From Acaryochloris marina MBIC11017 (lineage in GTDB: Bacteria > Cyanobacteriota > Cyanobacteriia > Thermosynechococcales > Thermosynechococcaceae), in assembly GCF_000018105.1 (NCBI RefSeq), contig NC_009926.1:300001-332000 (forward strand): 32,000 bases of DNA, in the 5' to 3' direction. A program made the position numbers and the translations under genes. The notes below the pieces were generated by a model. The model was not told the origin of the DNA. It did no database searches and was given only the letters and a program-made list of their open reading frames with translations. Shown piece by piece: positions 1 to 9,816 of the stretch; the stretch's first letter is position 1; each line of letters begins with the position of its first letter.

Positions 1-65
1 CCTCGACCTGTTCATGATCAGATTAGATCTCCAGAATGTTTACTGAACAAGAGAGAACACAACTT

Positions 66-1037
66 TCAATTCAAGGGTTTAGGAAATGGAGGGTTCGAAT
101 TTAAGGACTTTACGGGAGCACGCTGGGTCGAATCCTTCAGCAGATTTGCAATTTTGACTAATGCCTGGCGATGTTCTGCCTCCACCTCTAACCGTGCGAG
201 TTCTTTCAGTAAGTCTGGAAGTTGATGGTAAGAGTCTGAAGGGCTGGCATCCACCAACAGTTCTCTCACCGTATCAAACCAATAGCCAGCCTTTGCGAAT
301 ACCGCAGCCTTTTGTTGTGGCGTGCGGGCCTGGGATAAGGCTTGTTTCAAAGCGGGAGAAGGTGCCTTGACATCAATTTCAGCGATAAAAAACTGATTAA
401 ACCTGTCACTGCTGGGATTGCAGGCCATACTCAGCTGAACAAAATACCGTTGACCCGTTTGAAGCACTGACTTATCTTCCGGCAACGTGTATTGAATTAG
501 TCCTGAAGCCGTCTCTACATATTCCAATTGATACAGAAGTTCAGAGCTTTGGTCAGAAGGGTCGGTAAACAAGGAAATCTGAATGCGATAGGGATGTGAT
601 GCGCTTATAAACCAAGCAAACGTTGGGGTCACAGAACTTGTTCTGCCCACATGCTGAAGTGGGGCTAACAATGTGATGGGTAAAGTCTTGGGCTGGTCGG
701 ATGCCGGCGGGCGAAGTAATGGCTTCGGTCCCATGTGACTTGATGCTTGAACAGGTTGTGAGTGCTCAAAAGTCAGATCGCAACTTCGGGAGCCATTAGA
801 GCCAAAAACTCCCTTTGGAGGATCTCCCGTTGGCGGTTGATATCGTCTGGCCCAGGCTGTACTGGGAAACACTAAAAAAAATGCAAAGATAATCCCTGCA
901 ATCGGGTGGGAGTGGATGAGTTTACTCCTCATTCCTAGTCCATTAAATGGATGAGACAGTTGTTGTTCCATGACAAATGAGTAAGTGAGATGAATAATAT
1001 TTTGTGATTTTGGCTGCGGCTTTTCTACTGACTGCAT
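66..1037 (-). CDS. DUF928-family secreted protein (cyanobacterial)
   Basis: 323-aa ORF with an N-terminal hydrophobic signal-like segment (IAGIIFAFFLVFPSTAWA). It is followed by a PPTGDPPKG..GSNGSRSC segment, PTFAW, and a C-terminal AGYWFD motif, an arrangement I recall as typical of DUF928. Confidence 0.7.
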   Translation of the reverse strand: MQSVEKPQPKSQNIIHLTYSFVMEQQLSHPFNGLGMRSKLIHSHPIAGIIFAFFLVFPSTAWARRYQPPTGDPPKGVFGSNGSRSCDLTFEHSQPVQASSHMGPKPLLRPPASDQPKTLPITLLAPLQHVGRTSSVTPTFAWFISASHPYRIQISLFTDPSDQSSELLYQLEYVETASGLIQYTLPEDKSVLQTGQRYFVQLSMACNPSSDRFNQFFIAEIDVKAPSPALKQALSQARTPQQKAAVFAKAGYWFDTVRELLVDASPSDSYHQLPDLLKELARLEVEAEHRQALVKIANLLKDSTQRAPVKSLNSNPPFPKPLN

Positions 1038-1461
1038 AAGCTATACAGCCCAATTTGCCTAGCCTTGAAGAGTACGGAGGTATTGTTTTTTTAGAAACTG
1101 AATTTTATTTGCCTAATTTAGATAGATTAGGGATGATTAGTCTCTAGAACTTAGTTCTCCACATTTTCATAAAGCACAAAAGAAACTATTGCTTTTTACA
1201 TTTCAATCTTTTAACAAGTACTTCAAAAAACATCATTCTACTGAATGGTGAAGTTGGACTATCCATGCTTAGTTCATCTCGGCTTAGTGTCCTGTGCAAA
1301 ATGCCAGTCGTTTGAAAAGCTGAGTTTTTCAGTTGTTTCCATATCTTTGGGCTAGCAAAATATATTTGCTTAACTTTTTCCTCTGAAAAGATGTTGATGT
1401 TTCAGTGGGAATTATCTGGATTTATATACATCGTTGATGTTCCAATTATCGCCAAATCAAT

Positions 1462-1519
1462 CAGCAGATAAAATCCCTATTTATTCAGATTTATTCAGGG
1501 AAAAGTTCAGGTTGTACCA
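1462..1519 (+). repeat. Intergenic TTCAGG-repeat element, copy 1
   Basis: CAGCAGATAAAATCC, then TTCAG at 1484, 1494 and 1506 (spacing 10 and 12 nt), ending GGTTGTACCA. Homologous to 2105-2160 and 4447-4506. Confidence 0.75.
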
Positions 1520-1560
1520 TGAATGCCTTTCTGGCTTGAATCTCGTTAGAGTGAAACCCA

Positions 1561-1875
1561 CTAGCGACAGTATCGGCTAATATCTTCACCACACTGGTCC
1601 GCAAGATAGGATAGGGCTCGAAATCTTAAGGCAACTACTTCTTCATAAGCTGGGTTGAGCTTGCAGAGTGGAGGAATGTGGAATAGCGTATGCCCCAAAA
1701 AGCGAATATCTCGTTCAAACGGGCACTGAGTTGGCACGAGCTGGCAAATGAGATTAGCGGTTGAGCGATGTTCGACATTTATGGAAACAAATACTGAGTG
1801 GACGCGTTTCAAAAAAAATTGTTTGAGACTTTGTTTTGTAGATGAATGGAGCCTGAGACCGTTGATGTGAAACAT
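1561..1875 (-). CDS. Mo-dependent nitrogenase C-terminal domain family protein
   Basis: 104-aa ORF. The segment CPFERDIRFLGHTLFHIPPLCKLNPAYEEVVALRFRALSYLADQCGEDISRYC matches the conserved Cys-containing core I recall for this small cyanobacterial family. Confidence 0.7.
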   Translation of the reverse strand: MFHINGLRLHSSTKQSLKQFFLKRVHSVFVSINVEHRSTANLICQLVPTQCPFERDIRFLGHTLFHIPPLCKLNPAYEEVVALRFRALSYLADQCGEDISRYCR

Positions 1876-2104
1876 AAGATTTCCTCGACTGGAATTGGAA
1901 TGAAATAGAGTTAGTATGATGAGGCTAAACTGAGTTCACTGCTTCCAAGGAGAAGTAGAAACCAAACATAAAAAAAATGACCCAAGTGCTAATGATGTTT
2001 GTAAATAGAACTGTCGATATGATTGGTGATTCTCCACTGGGGACGTGAGTGATAGTTTGAGGTTGCACTTCTGTTCATCGTTGATTTCACTATCAATGAA
2101 ATAC

Positions 2105-2160
2105 TCAGCAGAAAAAATCTAGGAAAGTTCAGTTTCATTCAGGTCTTAGTTCAGGTACTG
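2105..2160 (+). repeat. Intergenic TTCAGG-repeat element, copy 2
   Basis: TCAGCAGAAAAAATCT, then TTCAG at 2128, 2138 and 2150. The 22-nt offset and the 10/12-nt spacing are the same as in copy 1. Confidence 0.7.
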
Positions 2161-2219
2161 AAAAAATGGGTTACATCATCTGTACTAAACTACTGAAACC
2201 AAAGCCTAGGAACCTTTAT

Positions 2220-3953
2220 CTAAGCAGGAGAAAGAAGCTTACAAGAAACATTGTCCTTAACCTGTTGTCGATGAACGGCCAAATGGAGAGGTGTTTCAGA
2301 AGGACTAATTTTGTAGATAAAGTTGTGACGAGCAGTATTGTAAGCGTTGCTGGTGAAGTCAAGCTTCATCTGTTCTAGTTCTTCTTGCCGATAAATTGCT
2401 ATAGGCTTGTATTGTTCATCCAAAAATCGTTGTTTATTCTTGAGCCATAGAATGTCCTGAAAATCCTCTCCCTGAGCTAAGCTCTCAGCCTCTTTGATAA
2501 CCTGTGTCTTGAAGTCAGATACTGTATTGCCAAAATAGTCATCAATAAGGCCAATGGACTTTGCAGCCCGTGTACCCATCGGCATACACACACTGGTCAG
2601 CTTCTGGGCCATCTCTGGACCCACTCGTCGAGGCAAGGAATAGGTCCAATACTCTGAGCCATAGAGCCCCATTCGCTTATAGTGAGGGTTCAGCACAATG
2701 CCTTCGCGAGCATACACTCTGTCCACAGCTAAAGCCATCATCACCCCACCCGCAGCGGCATTACCTTGCATCGCAGAAATAACGAGATGAGTATCAGTTC
2801 GTAATACCTCATATACAAAGTCATTGATGGCATTGATGTTTTGCCACGACTCTGCAGCAGGATCAGCCGATGCTTCTACCACATTCAGGTGAATACCATT
2901 GGACCAAAAACCTTCTCCTCCCATGAGCAAAATTACTTTTGTGTCTTTGGTTCGAGCATAGAGATAGGCATTCCGCAAACGTTGGCATTGCTCTGTGCTC
3001 ATGGCACCGTTATAGAAAGGAAAATGCAAATAGCCGACCTGGTTCTTTTCCTCGTACCAAATATCCCGAAAAGTAAGTTCATGAGGAGATAACTCCAAAG
3101 ACACAGGAACCTCTGGCAGAGCGTGTATGTATTCCCTCAATACTTGAGCAGCAGGTAGCTTAAAGAACACTTGCTCCTCTTTTTTCTTGCGCTTTAGATG
3201 GGTAATCCAAACAGCGCCATCAATCGTCGCTCGACATATAGCCCCATACCTTTGGGCAATCAATTCTCCTGGCTTACCCGTTAAGGTATTTTCTGGATGC
3301 GCACCATAGAGATAGAATTGCTCCCCAAAGAGTACATCAAGCAAACCCGGTTGGCTATCTGCGCTGCGAATCTTACGGACAATCTCAGCAGTGGTATCAC
3401 TCTCCCAGGAGATTGCCCTATGAGACTGTTTGAGGGGATTACGCCAAGTACCTTTGACATCTGGATTACCGTAATCAAGAGGTTCAGGCTGATATTTAGG
3501 ATCAATAAAGTTGGCTAAGGTTTGCTTGATACATGTGATCGCCGCTTGAGCGCCCTTCCCTCGATACAAATCACTTTTAGTTTCTCCTTCTAAGGGGAAA
3601 TTAATAGATGCCCAAATGTCACCCGCATCCATTTCTGCATCCGCTTGTAAAGCTGTCACGCCCCATTCAGATTCATCTTCGAGAATCGCCCAGTCAATGG
3701 ACGAAGGGCCGCGATCACCTTTGATACCTGGGTGAATAATGATGCATAGGTGTTGTTTCCAAATATCTTCTGGGATAGCAGTTTTCAAGAAGGGGGCAAC
3801 GATGACATCCGGTTGAAACAAATCAACTGCTTGGCGCATTCGTTCATGATCCAAAGCCAGTTCTATGGAAACTTCGTGGCCTAAATCGACTAACTCGACA
3901 TGGAAGCGCTGAGTCATACTGTTGTAGGCTGAGGCAAACAATAAAATTTTCAC
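2220..3953 (-). CDS. hypX: HypX/HoxX-like hydrogenase maturation protein (formyltransferase-like N-domain plus enoyl-CoA hydratase/crotonase-like C-domain)
   Basis: 577-aa ORF with a GTG start preceded by GGAGAG. The N-terminus (MKILLFASAYNS..IIIHPGIKGDRGPSSIDWAI..DAGDIW) is formyltransferase-like. The C-terminal half (GNAAAGGVMMALAVDRVYA..LNPHYKRMGLYGSEYWTY) is crotonase-like. This two-domain architecture is that of HypX/HoxX. Confidence 0.75.
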   Translation of the reverse strand: MKILLFASAYNSMTQRFHVELVDLGHEVSIELALDHERMRQAVDLFQPDVIVAPFLKTAIPEDIWKQHLCIIIHPGIKGDRGPSSIDWAILEDESEWGVTALQADAEMDAGDIWASINFPLEGETKSDLYRGKGAQAAITCIKQTLANFIDPKYQPEPLDYGNPDVKGTWRNPLKQSHRAISWESDTTAEIVRKIRSADSQPGLLDVLFGEQFYLYGAHPENTLTGKPGELIAQRYGAICRATIDGAVWITHLKRKKKEEQVFFKLPAAQVLREYIHALPEVPVSLELSPHELTFRDIWYEEKNQVGYLHFPFYNGAMSTEQCQRLRNAYLYARTKDTKVILLMGGEGFWSNGIHLNVVEASADPAAESWQNINAINDFVYEVLRTDTHLVISAMQGNAAAGGVMMALAVDRVYAREGIVLNPHYKRMGLYGSEYWTYSLPRRVGPEMAQKLTSVCMPMGTRAAKSIGLIDDYFGNTVSDFKTQVIKEAESLAQGEDFQDILWLKNKQRFLDEQYKPIAIYRQEELEQMKLDFTSNAYNTARHNFIYKISPSETPLHLAVHRQQVKDNVSCKLLSPA

Positions 3954-4446
3954 GAGATGTTCTCTCCGTTTTAGTTAGGTTCAACTACGTGAGAAAAGGT
4001 GACCCTTGTTGATAGGTCATGAAACAACTGGAGCTAGGATGCTGAGTTGGCGATCATTCAGCCTCTTCTGATGCAGAATGATTTATCCGGCCAGCAGCTT
4101 CATAACAATCCAGCACAATATTTGCCCCCTCTTAAATTGAGATGGCTTGAACAATATCCATGTTCTTAGCCGCTATTAGGCGGAATTTTTTCCCATCACT
4201 ATCAGTGAGTTCGTAGCTTTAAGCTGAAGCCGCAGGGGTATCAGCAGCAAGATAGTTACTTAAGTTTCTGGCAATAACGCCATTTGTTTAGCTAGGTGAG
4301 TCATTTGGATGCTCCTTTAAAGATTAAAGATCAAGCGAAGATCTTCTGGGCATACTGTGCAATAAAAAAAGTTGTTGGTAGTTCAGCGTAGGTAAAATGC
4401 CTAGACTGTGATGCTTCGTTGTTGAACTCAATATCCCAAAACCGAA

Positions 4447-4506
4447 TAGCAGATAAAATCCTGATTTATTCAGGAAAATTCAGGTATCGCTCAGATTGTT
4501 GTACCA
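4447..4506 (+). repeat. Intergenic TTCAGG-repeat element, copy 3
   Basis: TAGCAGATAAAATCC, then TTCAGG at 4469 and 4479 and a degenerate CTCAG at 4490, ending TTGTACCA. Colinear with copy 1 apart from a 10-nt unit indel. Confidence 0.75.
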
Positions 4507-4896
4507 ACAGAAAACGCTTGCCACTCACTAGGCATATTCCGGGGACTGGTGTTGAAGCGAAGATTGACTTGAAATGATTTGGAAGTGGGCACCCCACAGA
4601 ATAGAAATTCTTTTTTGAGTGTGGTGAGCGTTTACGGAATCGATGTGATAACTGCAATGAGCTAATTACATCTCTAAAACATCGGTTCTGCCCCTTCTGT
4701 GGCCAGGCGTATAAGCTCACAAAAACCTAATTTTTGAAGTCTGAAAAGTACTGATAAATGTAGTTTACAGCGATCCTGTGAGAAAAATTTGGTCTATCCC
4801 GGCATGAGGTGAATTTAAACCCTGTGGTGCAAACTATTTCGCGTTTGACTCAACAAGCTGATGTACTGCCCTTACATCGAAATTGCCACAATGTAC

Positions 4897-7800
4897 TCAT
4901 AAGGCTATGTCAAAAGCTCCTAACGCTTGCAAAGAACACTTTTGAGAATCGCTCAACCCCGCTACCCCTGTAATGTTCATTCCTTCATAAGGGCGATCGC
5001 TCCTGAAGGTTTTAATCAGCTCACCCGTTGTTGCATTCCACAGCTTGGCAGTTTCATCCCAAGAACCCGTAACAAAGGTTGTACCATCAGGGCTAAATGC
5101 TAAATCCATAATCATGCGCTGATGAGCAAATAGTTGGGGCTGGTGGGTTCCCTTGTTGGGGTGCCAAATCGTCAATCGTTGGTCGCCGCCACCAATGGCA
5201 ATCATGAGTTCATCTCTAGCACTGGAATTGGAAGATGTCGGAGAAAAAGCCACTGCCATGGCTATCTGCTGGGGTAAAACCTGCAAGCATTCACCCGTGG
5301 CCGTAGACCATAATCGGACAGTCTGGTCAAACATACTGCCGCTTACAAGCTGTGTTCCATCGCCACTAAAGGCAATACTCTGAACAGCCCCTTCGTGATC
5401 TTCTAAGGTGTTAAAACATTTGCCTTCCTCAATGTCCCACAGCTTGAGGGTTTGGTCATAGCTGGCGCTGGCTAACAATGTAGCGTCTGTCGGACTAAAA
5501 TCTAACGACCAAACACAACTATCGTGACCCTCCAAAACTTTTAGGCACTGGCCCGTTTGCACATCCCACAGACGAATCGTTTGATCGCCACCGCCACTTG
5601 CCAAGAGGCTACCATCGGCATTGAATACCGTAGTCCAGAGCTGTTTGGTGTGGCCTTTCAGAATTTTCAGACATTGTCCCTTTTGCGCATCCCATAGACG
5701 GATGGTTTGATCTTCACCACAACTCGCTAGCAGCTTGCCATCCGGACTAAAGACGACAGACGTCACCCGGCGAGGATGCCCCTTGAGGGTTTTGTAGCAA
5801 GTTCCTGTTGCTACATCCCAAAATCGTAAGAACTGTTCGTCACCGCTGCTCACAATGGTTTTACCATCGGGGCTAAAGGCGACGGTCCAAACCTGCTGAG
5901 TATGGCCCTGCAAGGTTTGCAGACACTGACTGGTCAAGACATGGACTGATTGAGGTTTTGATGTGGCTTCAGATGTGCCTGACTCCAGCCACGAAACATC
6001 CCATAAACGAACAGTCTGATCTTCACTACCGCTGGCCAATAATGCCTGTTGGCGAGACAGTTTTTCAGATGAAAGCATGGACATTAGGGGCTGGGGTGAA
6101 AACGTTACCGACCAGATTCGGTGGTCATGGCCATCCAAAATCTTCAAGCAGTGCCCGGAATAAACATCCCACAATCTCACCGTTTGGTCTTCGCTACCGC
6201 TAGCAATGATATTACCCTGGGGGTTAAAAGCTACTGACCAGATCCAGTTGGTGTGCCCCCTTAAGGTGTGAATACAGCTACCGCTGCTGACATTCCACAC
6301 CTTAACAGTGTTGTCATGGCTCCCACTGGCTACCCTTTGACCATCAGGACTATAAGCCACAGACCAGATCCAGTTGTGATGACCAATTAGGGTTTTGAGG
6401 CACTTTCCAGTTGCAACGTCCCACAGCTTCAACACATTATCTTCACCACCACTGATAAGGTGCTGACCATCCATAGAGAATTGAACGGACCAAATTGGCT
6501 GAGTATGTCCCTCGAAAATCCGCAAGCACTCGCCCGTGTAGACATCCCACAGCCGTAGGGTTAAGTCTTGGCTACTGCTAATTAAAGTGTGACCATCAGG
6601 ACTAAACATGACGGTACACACTTGGCCCTGATGAGCACTCAAGGTTCTTAAGTGTTGGCCCTGTTTAAGGTCCCACAACATGATCGTGTATTCGTCAGAT
6701 CCACTTGCCAGCAAAGTGCTTTCAGAGTTAAAGGCTACAGTACGCACCCAGTCAGAATGGCCTTGCAATGTGTGAAGCGGTTGGCCATTAGCAACACTCC
6801 AGACCCCCACATCACAGTTAGTATCACCTGTTGCAAGCAGCTCTCCATCAGAACTAAACTCTGTGGCGAGAATGCCACTAAACGTTTGCATAAAAACAGT
6901 TTTATGAAATTTAGCTTGAGTGAAGTCAACCTGGTGCAGAGTCATATCTTGCAGATAGGCCTGCCAGATTGCCAGGTTTGAGAAATTATAGCCTTGGGCA
7001 TCTAACTGAAGCTGACGACAGAGATTGAGTACATTTCCGCCACCATAGCTGACACGATAGACTTCGTCACTGCGCAGTGTATCTAGGGTCGCTTGCAAGT
7101 GCTTGGCCATACCAGTTAGGGAACCGAATTCTTGGTTCAGGGCATGTATAACAGGGTCTAAAATTAAGCGGCATTGGCTGATGCGAATGAAATCTTTGAT
7201 GTTGGTTTTGATCAGGGCGTGGTGGGTAAATAAATCAAAGGTTTGGTGAATTAACTCAGTGGTGATTTGCTCAATAAAGTGCTCGGTGACGTACTCCATC
7301 ACTACAGGCTGCTGGGTATAGCTGCCGATCTGACGTTCAATCAGATTTCGGCGACAGAGGGCCTCCAAAGCTTCTAGCAAACGATAGCGTGGCACTGGGG
7401 GAACGATATCTTCTTGCAAAGCGTCTACGGTTGTCCAATCTCGATTGATGGCCAACCAATACATCAGCGTCTGCTCCAATCGCGAGAGGCGCTCGAATTG
7501 CTGATCGAGGAGTTGGCGAATCCCGTTAAACAATACTGTTCCCTGGGCAAGAAAGGTGGCAATGTCTCCCTCAAACAAGTCTTGAACAGAGGTAGCCACA
7601 ATCTTGAGCGCCAGTGGATTTCCACCGCAGGTCTCAATTAGCTGGGAGCGTGAGATTGCAGAACCGGACAACCCTTTTGCCGTAAGGATGGGGTCAGCAT
7701 CGGCATGCAACCCCCCGAGGACTAATGATCGCACAGCTAAAGCTAGACCTTCTTGAGCAGCAATGGCTTCGGGTTTTTCGCGACTGGTGATTACCAGACA

Positions 7801-8544
7801 ACTCGTATGAGCTATATCACCCACTAGCTGTAGCAGTTGACCATACTCTTCATAACCTGAACGAAAGAGTCCTAGAGATTCTGGCTGCAGAATAGCTTCT
7901 AGGTTATCCAGAACCAGCAAACACTTCCTGGCGCGCAACGTCGGCAGCAGGGCACTGAGTTCAGGACGAGAATCAGTTTGTCCCGAGAGCAAGGGTACCA
8001 GTTCGGTCAGCAGCGTCTCCAACGGTGGAGCATTCCGGAGACTACGCCATACAATCTGATCAAATTTGGACTGAAGCTGCTGGGCCAGTTTGACGGCTAA
8101 GGTCGTTTTGCCAATGCCACCGATGCCCAGCAAGGCGACTAGGCGGCAAGCGTCACCCACAATCCACTGCTGGAGAGTGCTCAGTTCGGTAGACCGACCT
8201 AGGAAGAAGGAGACATCTGGAGCGGCGCCCCAATCACAGTGGACGGTCTGCGGGAGGGGAGGAGGCTGAGTTTGTGCCTCCACTAGATAGCGGCTCAGAG
8301 CAACCTGAAAGCTTGTTTTGGTGATCTTTTCGCCCAGAGCCTTGGAGAGCAGCCGCCAGAGTTTAGGGCCAATGTCTCGCTTAAGATAGTTGATGGAATA
8401 GTGGGAGGTGGCAGCAATTTGCTCGTAGGTTTGATCTGCAATCGCACCCAAAAGAATCGTAGTCTCTACATCTGAGAGATAGCGATTGGCCTGTTTAAAG
8501 ACGGCTGCATTAGCGGCAGCAACAATGCGCTCTGATTCCGTCAT
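4897..8544 (-). CDS. STAND NTPase: N-terminal HTH-like domain, NB-ARC/NACHT-type P-loop ATPase, 14 WD40 repeats
   Basis: 1215-aa ORF. Walker A GIGGIGKTT lies at about 8104-8127 and Walker B LLVLDNLE follows. A short pentapeptide-like linker (NFSNLAIWQAYLQDMTLHQVDFTQAKF) precedes 14 recognisable GH..WD units (LWDL, LWDV, VWNV, FWDV ...), enough for two 7-bladed propellers. A HIP1 site lies inside the gene. Confidence 0.9.
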   Translation of the reverse strand: MTESERIVAAANAAVFKQANRYLSDVETTILLGAIADQTYEQIAATSHYSINYLKRDIGPKLWRLLSKALGEKITKTSFQVALSRYLVEAQTQPPPLPQTVHCDWGAAPDVSFFLGRSTELSTLQQWIVGDACRLVALLGIGGIGKTTLAVKLAQQLQSKFDQIVWRSLRNAPPLETLLTELVPLLSGQTDSRPELSALLPTLRARKCLLVLDNLEAILQPESLGLFRSGYEEYGQLLQLVGDIAHTSCLVITSREKPEAIAAQEGLALAVRSLVLGGLHADADPILTAKGLSGSAISRSQLIETCGGNPLALKIVATSVQDLFEGDIATFLAQGTVLFNGIRQLLDQQFERLSRLEQTLMYWLAINRDWTTVDALQEDIVPPVPRYRLLEALEALCRRNLIERQIGSYTQQPVVMEYVTEHFIEQITTELIHQTFDLFTHHALIKTNIKDFIRISQCRLILDPVIHALNQEFGSLTGMAKHLQATLDTLRSDEVYRVSYGGGNVLNLCRQLQLDAQGYNFSNLAIWQAYLQDMTLHQVDFTQAKFHKTVFMQTFSGILATEFSSDGELLATGDTNCDVGVWSVANGQPLHTLQGHSDWVRTVAFNSESTLLASGSDEYTIMLWDLKQGQHLRTLSAHQGQVCTVMFSPDGHTLISSSQDLTLRLWDVYTGECLRIFEGHTQPIWSVQFSMDGQHLISGGEDNVLKLWDVATGKCLKTLIGHHNWIWSVAYSPDGQRVASGSHDNTVKVWNVSSGSCIHTLRGHTNWIWSVAFNPQGNIIASGSEDQTVRLWDVYSGHCLKILDGHDHRIWSVTFSPQPLMSMLSSEKLSRQQALLASGSEDQTVRLWDVSWLESGTSEATSKPQSVHVLTSQCLQTLQGHTQQVWTVAFSPDGKTIVSSGDEQFLRFWDVATGTCYKTLKGHPRRVTSVVFSPDGKLLASCGEDQTIRLWDAQKGQCLKILKGHTKQLWTTVFNADGSLLASGGGDQTIRLWDVQTGQCLKVLEGHDSCVWSLDFSPTDATLLASASYDQTLKLWDIEEGKCFNTLEDHEGAVQSIAFSGDGTQLVSGSMFDQTVRLWSTATGECLQVLPQQIAMAVAFSPTSSNSSARDELMIAIGGGDQRLTIWHPNKGTHQPQLFAHQRMIMDLAFSPDGTTFVTGSWDETAKLWNATTGELIKTFRSDRPYEGMNITGVAGLSDSQKCSLQALGAFDIAL
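4993..5000. repeat. HIP1 palindrome GCGATCGC
   Basis: Exact octamer. Confidence 0.9.
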
Positions 8545-8930
8545 GGCATCTAATGGAGAACCTGACTGCCATTAGCCTAACTTACCTTTCCATAACTTGA
8601 GCGGCATACTACCATCCAGAAATCTCGCCCAGATGATCCTGATGACTCCTTATCCAAATTTGTCGGCACTAACGTCTTTCCCATTTAACAGGCTCGTTTT
8701 GAATAGGGATGGAGATCGTGGATCAAATTAGCATTGAGGGGATTGCGTGAATATGTTGCCATCCTCCATCGATTAGAGGTGTTGTACGACACTTGACCTG
8801 TAATTCCCTGCTAGAAGGTCTTCGGTGGCATGGATCTTCTAATCACCTGTATAGGGAGTTTAGACGACAAAATGACGCATAAGTAATACTTAGCTGTCGA
8901 GTAACAGTGGCAAAGGTATATGAGCAGGAA

Positions 8931-9440
8931 ATGAACCAACCTATTGTTTCAGAGAAACTACGAATTCGACGATTTGAGCGAGATGATGTCGAAGACTTTG
9001 TCAGCTTTATGACAGACTCTGACTCTACCAAATTCCTGACTTTCGGTGAAGAGCAGAAAAGCCAGGAAGGAGCCACAGGGCTGCTTAAAGCAACCATGGA
9101 ATCCTATGATTCCGATGCACCGCTGATGGCTTTCGCAGTCGAAAATCAACAAACAACGGAATTTGTTGGATTCTGCGGATTGACTCCACGTGAGGAAGGT
9201 ACTGTGGAAATCATGTACGCAGTGATGCCAAACGAACGAGGTCAAGGATATGCAACTGAAATCGCGGCAACATTGGCGCAGTATGCCATTAGCCAACTTG
9301 GCTATCGCAGAGTGATAGCTCCCATCTCTCCTGAACACAAAATTTCAAAGGCCGTAGCGGTGAGGGCAGGTTTTAAGGATCATGGTATCAGTCAGAACCC
9401 AGATTCTCTGGTGAAGGTGCACCTATTCGTATTTGAGTAG
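8931..9440 (+). CDS. GNAT-family N-acetyltransferase (RimJ/RimL-like)
   Basis: The ORF opens at a GTG at 8907, but I prefer the ATG at 8931 (MNQPIVSEKLRIRRFERDD). The GNAT motif-A-like RGQGYATE and the N-terminal 'LRLR.. ..D' pattern are typical of RimJ/L-type acetyltransferases. Confidence 0.75.
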   Translation: MNQPIVSEKLRIRRFERDDVEDFVSFMTDSDSTKFLTFGEEQKSQEGATGLLKATMESYDSDAPLMAFAVENQQTTEFVGFCGLTPREEGTVEIMYAVMPNERGQGYATEIAATLAQYAISQLGYRRVIAPISPEHKISKAVAVRAGFKDHGISQNPDSLVKVHLFVFE

Positions 9441-9816
9441 ATATAGCTCTCGCCCCTCTATTGATCTAGATTTCGTAGCAGTACCAAGATGTCTTTCTTG
9501 TAGTTGCCCCCGAGATCGCTTGACGTTTAGGTGCAGTTCCCCAATATACATCCATAACTATTCCTGAACTTTTCTGTAACGACAGCCCAGAGAACCTGTC
9601 ATATAGTAAGCGACGTGGATGAGTGAGATATTTCTAAACACTCGCATCCATTCAGATCGGACAGTCGTATAGACAATAGATGGTAAACGTCCAGACTTCT
9701 CTTAATCGTCTGCACACTTATGTAGTAAGACAGTGTCGCCTATTTAGAGGTTGGCACAGAATTCTGATTGGGAGGGGTTGATTTGCAAACCAATAGCTTA
9801 TCGAAGGAGACTAACT

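Noticed and set aside
3954-4446. Possible decayed gene in the spacer upstream of hypX. A 14-codon ORF (MTHLAKQMALLPET, ATG at about 4303 on the minus strand) follows a strong AAAGGAG, and protein-like fragments occur in shifting frames downstream.
   Set aside because: The fragments are short and I recognise no family, so I cannot distinguish a gene relic or leader peptide from chance.
4466-4720. 84-aa minus-strand ORF in the hypX-STAND spacer
   Set aside because: It has no RBS, an odd composition and overlaps the TTCAGG repeat element. It is probably non-coding.
5153-7641. Several 64-109-aa ORFs on both strands inside the STAND-WD40 gene (5153, 5958, 6652, 6735, 7414)
   Set aside because: All are embedded in a 1215-aa ORF with unmistakable NB-ARC and WD40 motifs, so they are out-of-frame or antisense artefacts.
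8548-8575. 7-bp inverted repeat (CTAATGG-N12-CCATTAG) directly upstream of the STAND gene start
   Set aside because: It is short, AT-containing and unique in the window, so there is no evidence for function beyond possible 5'-UTR structure.
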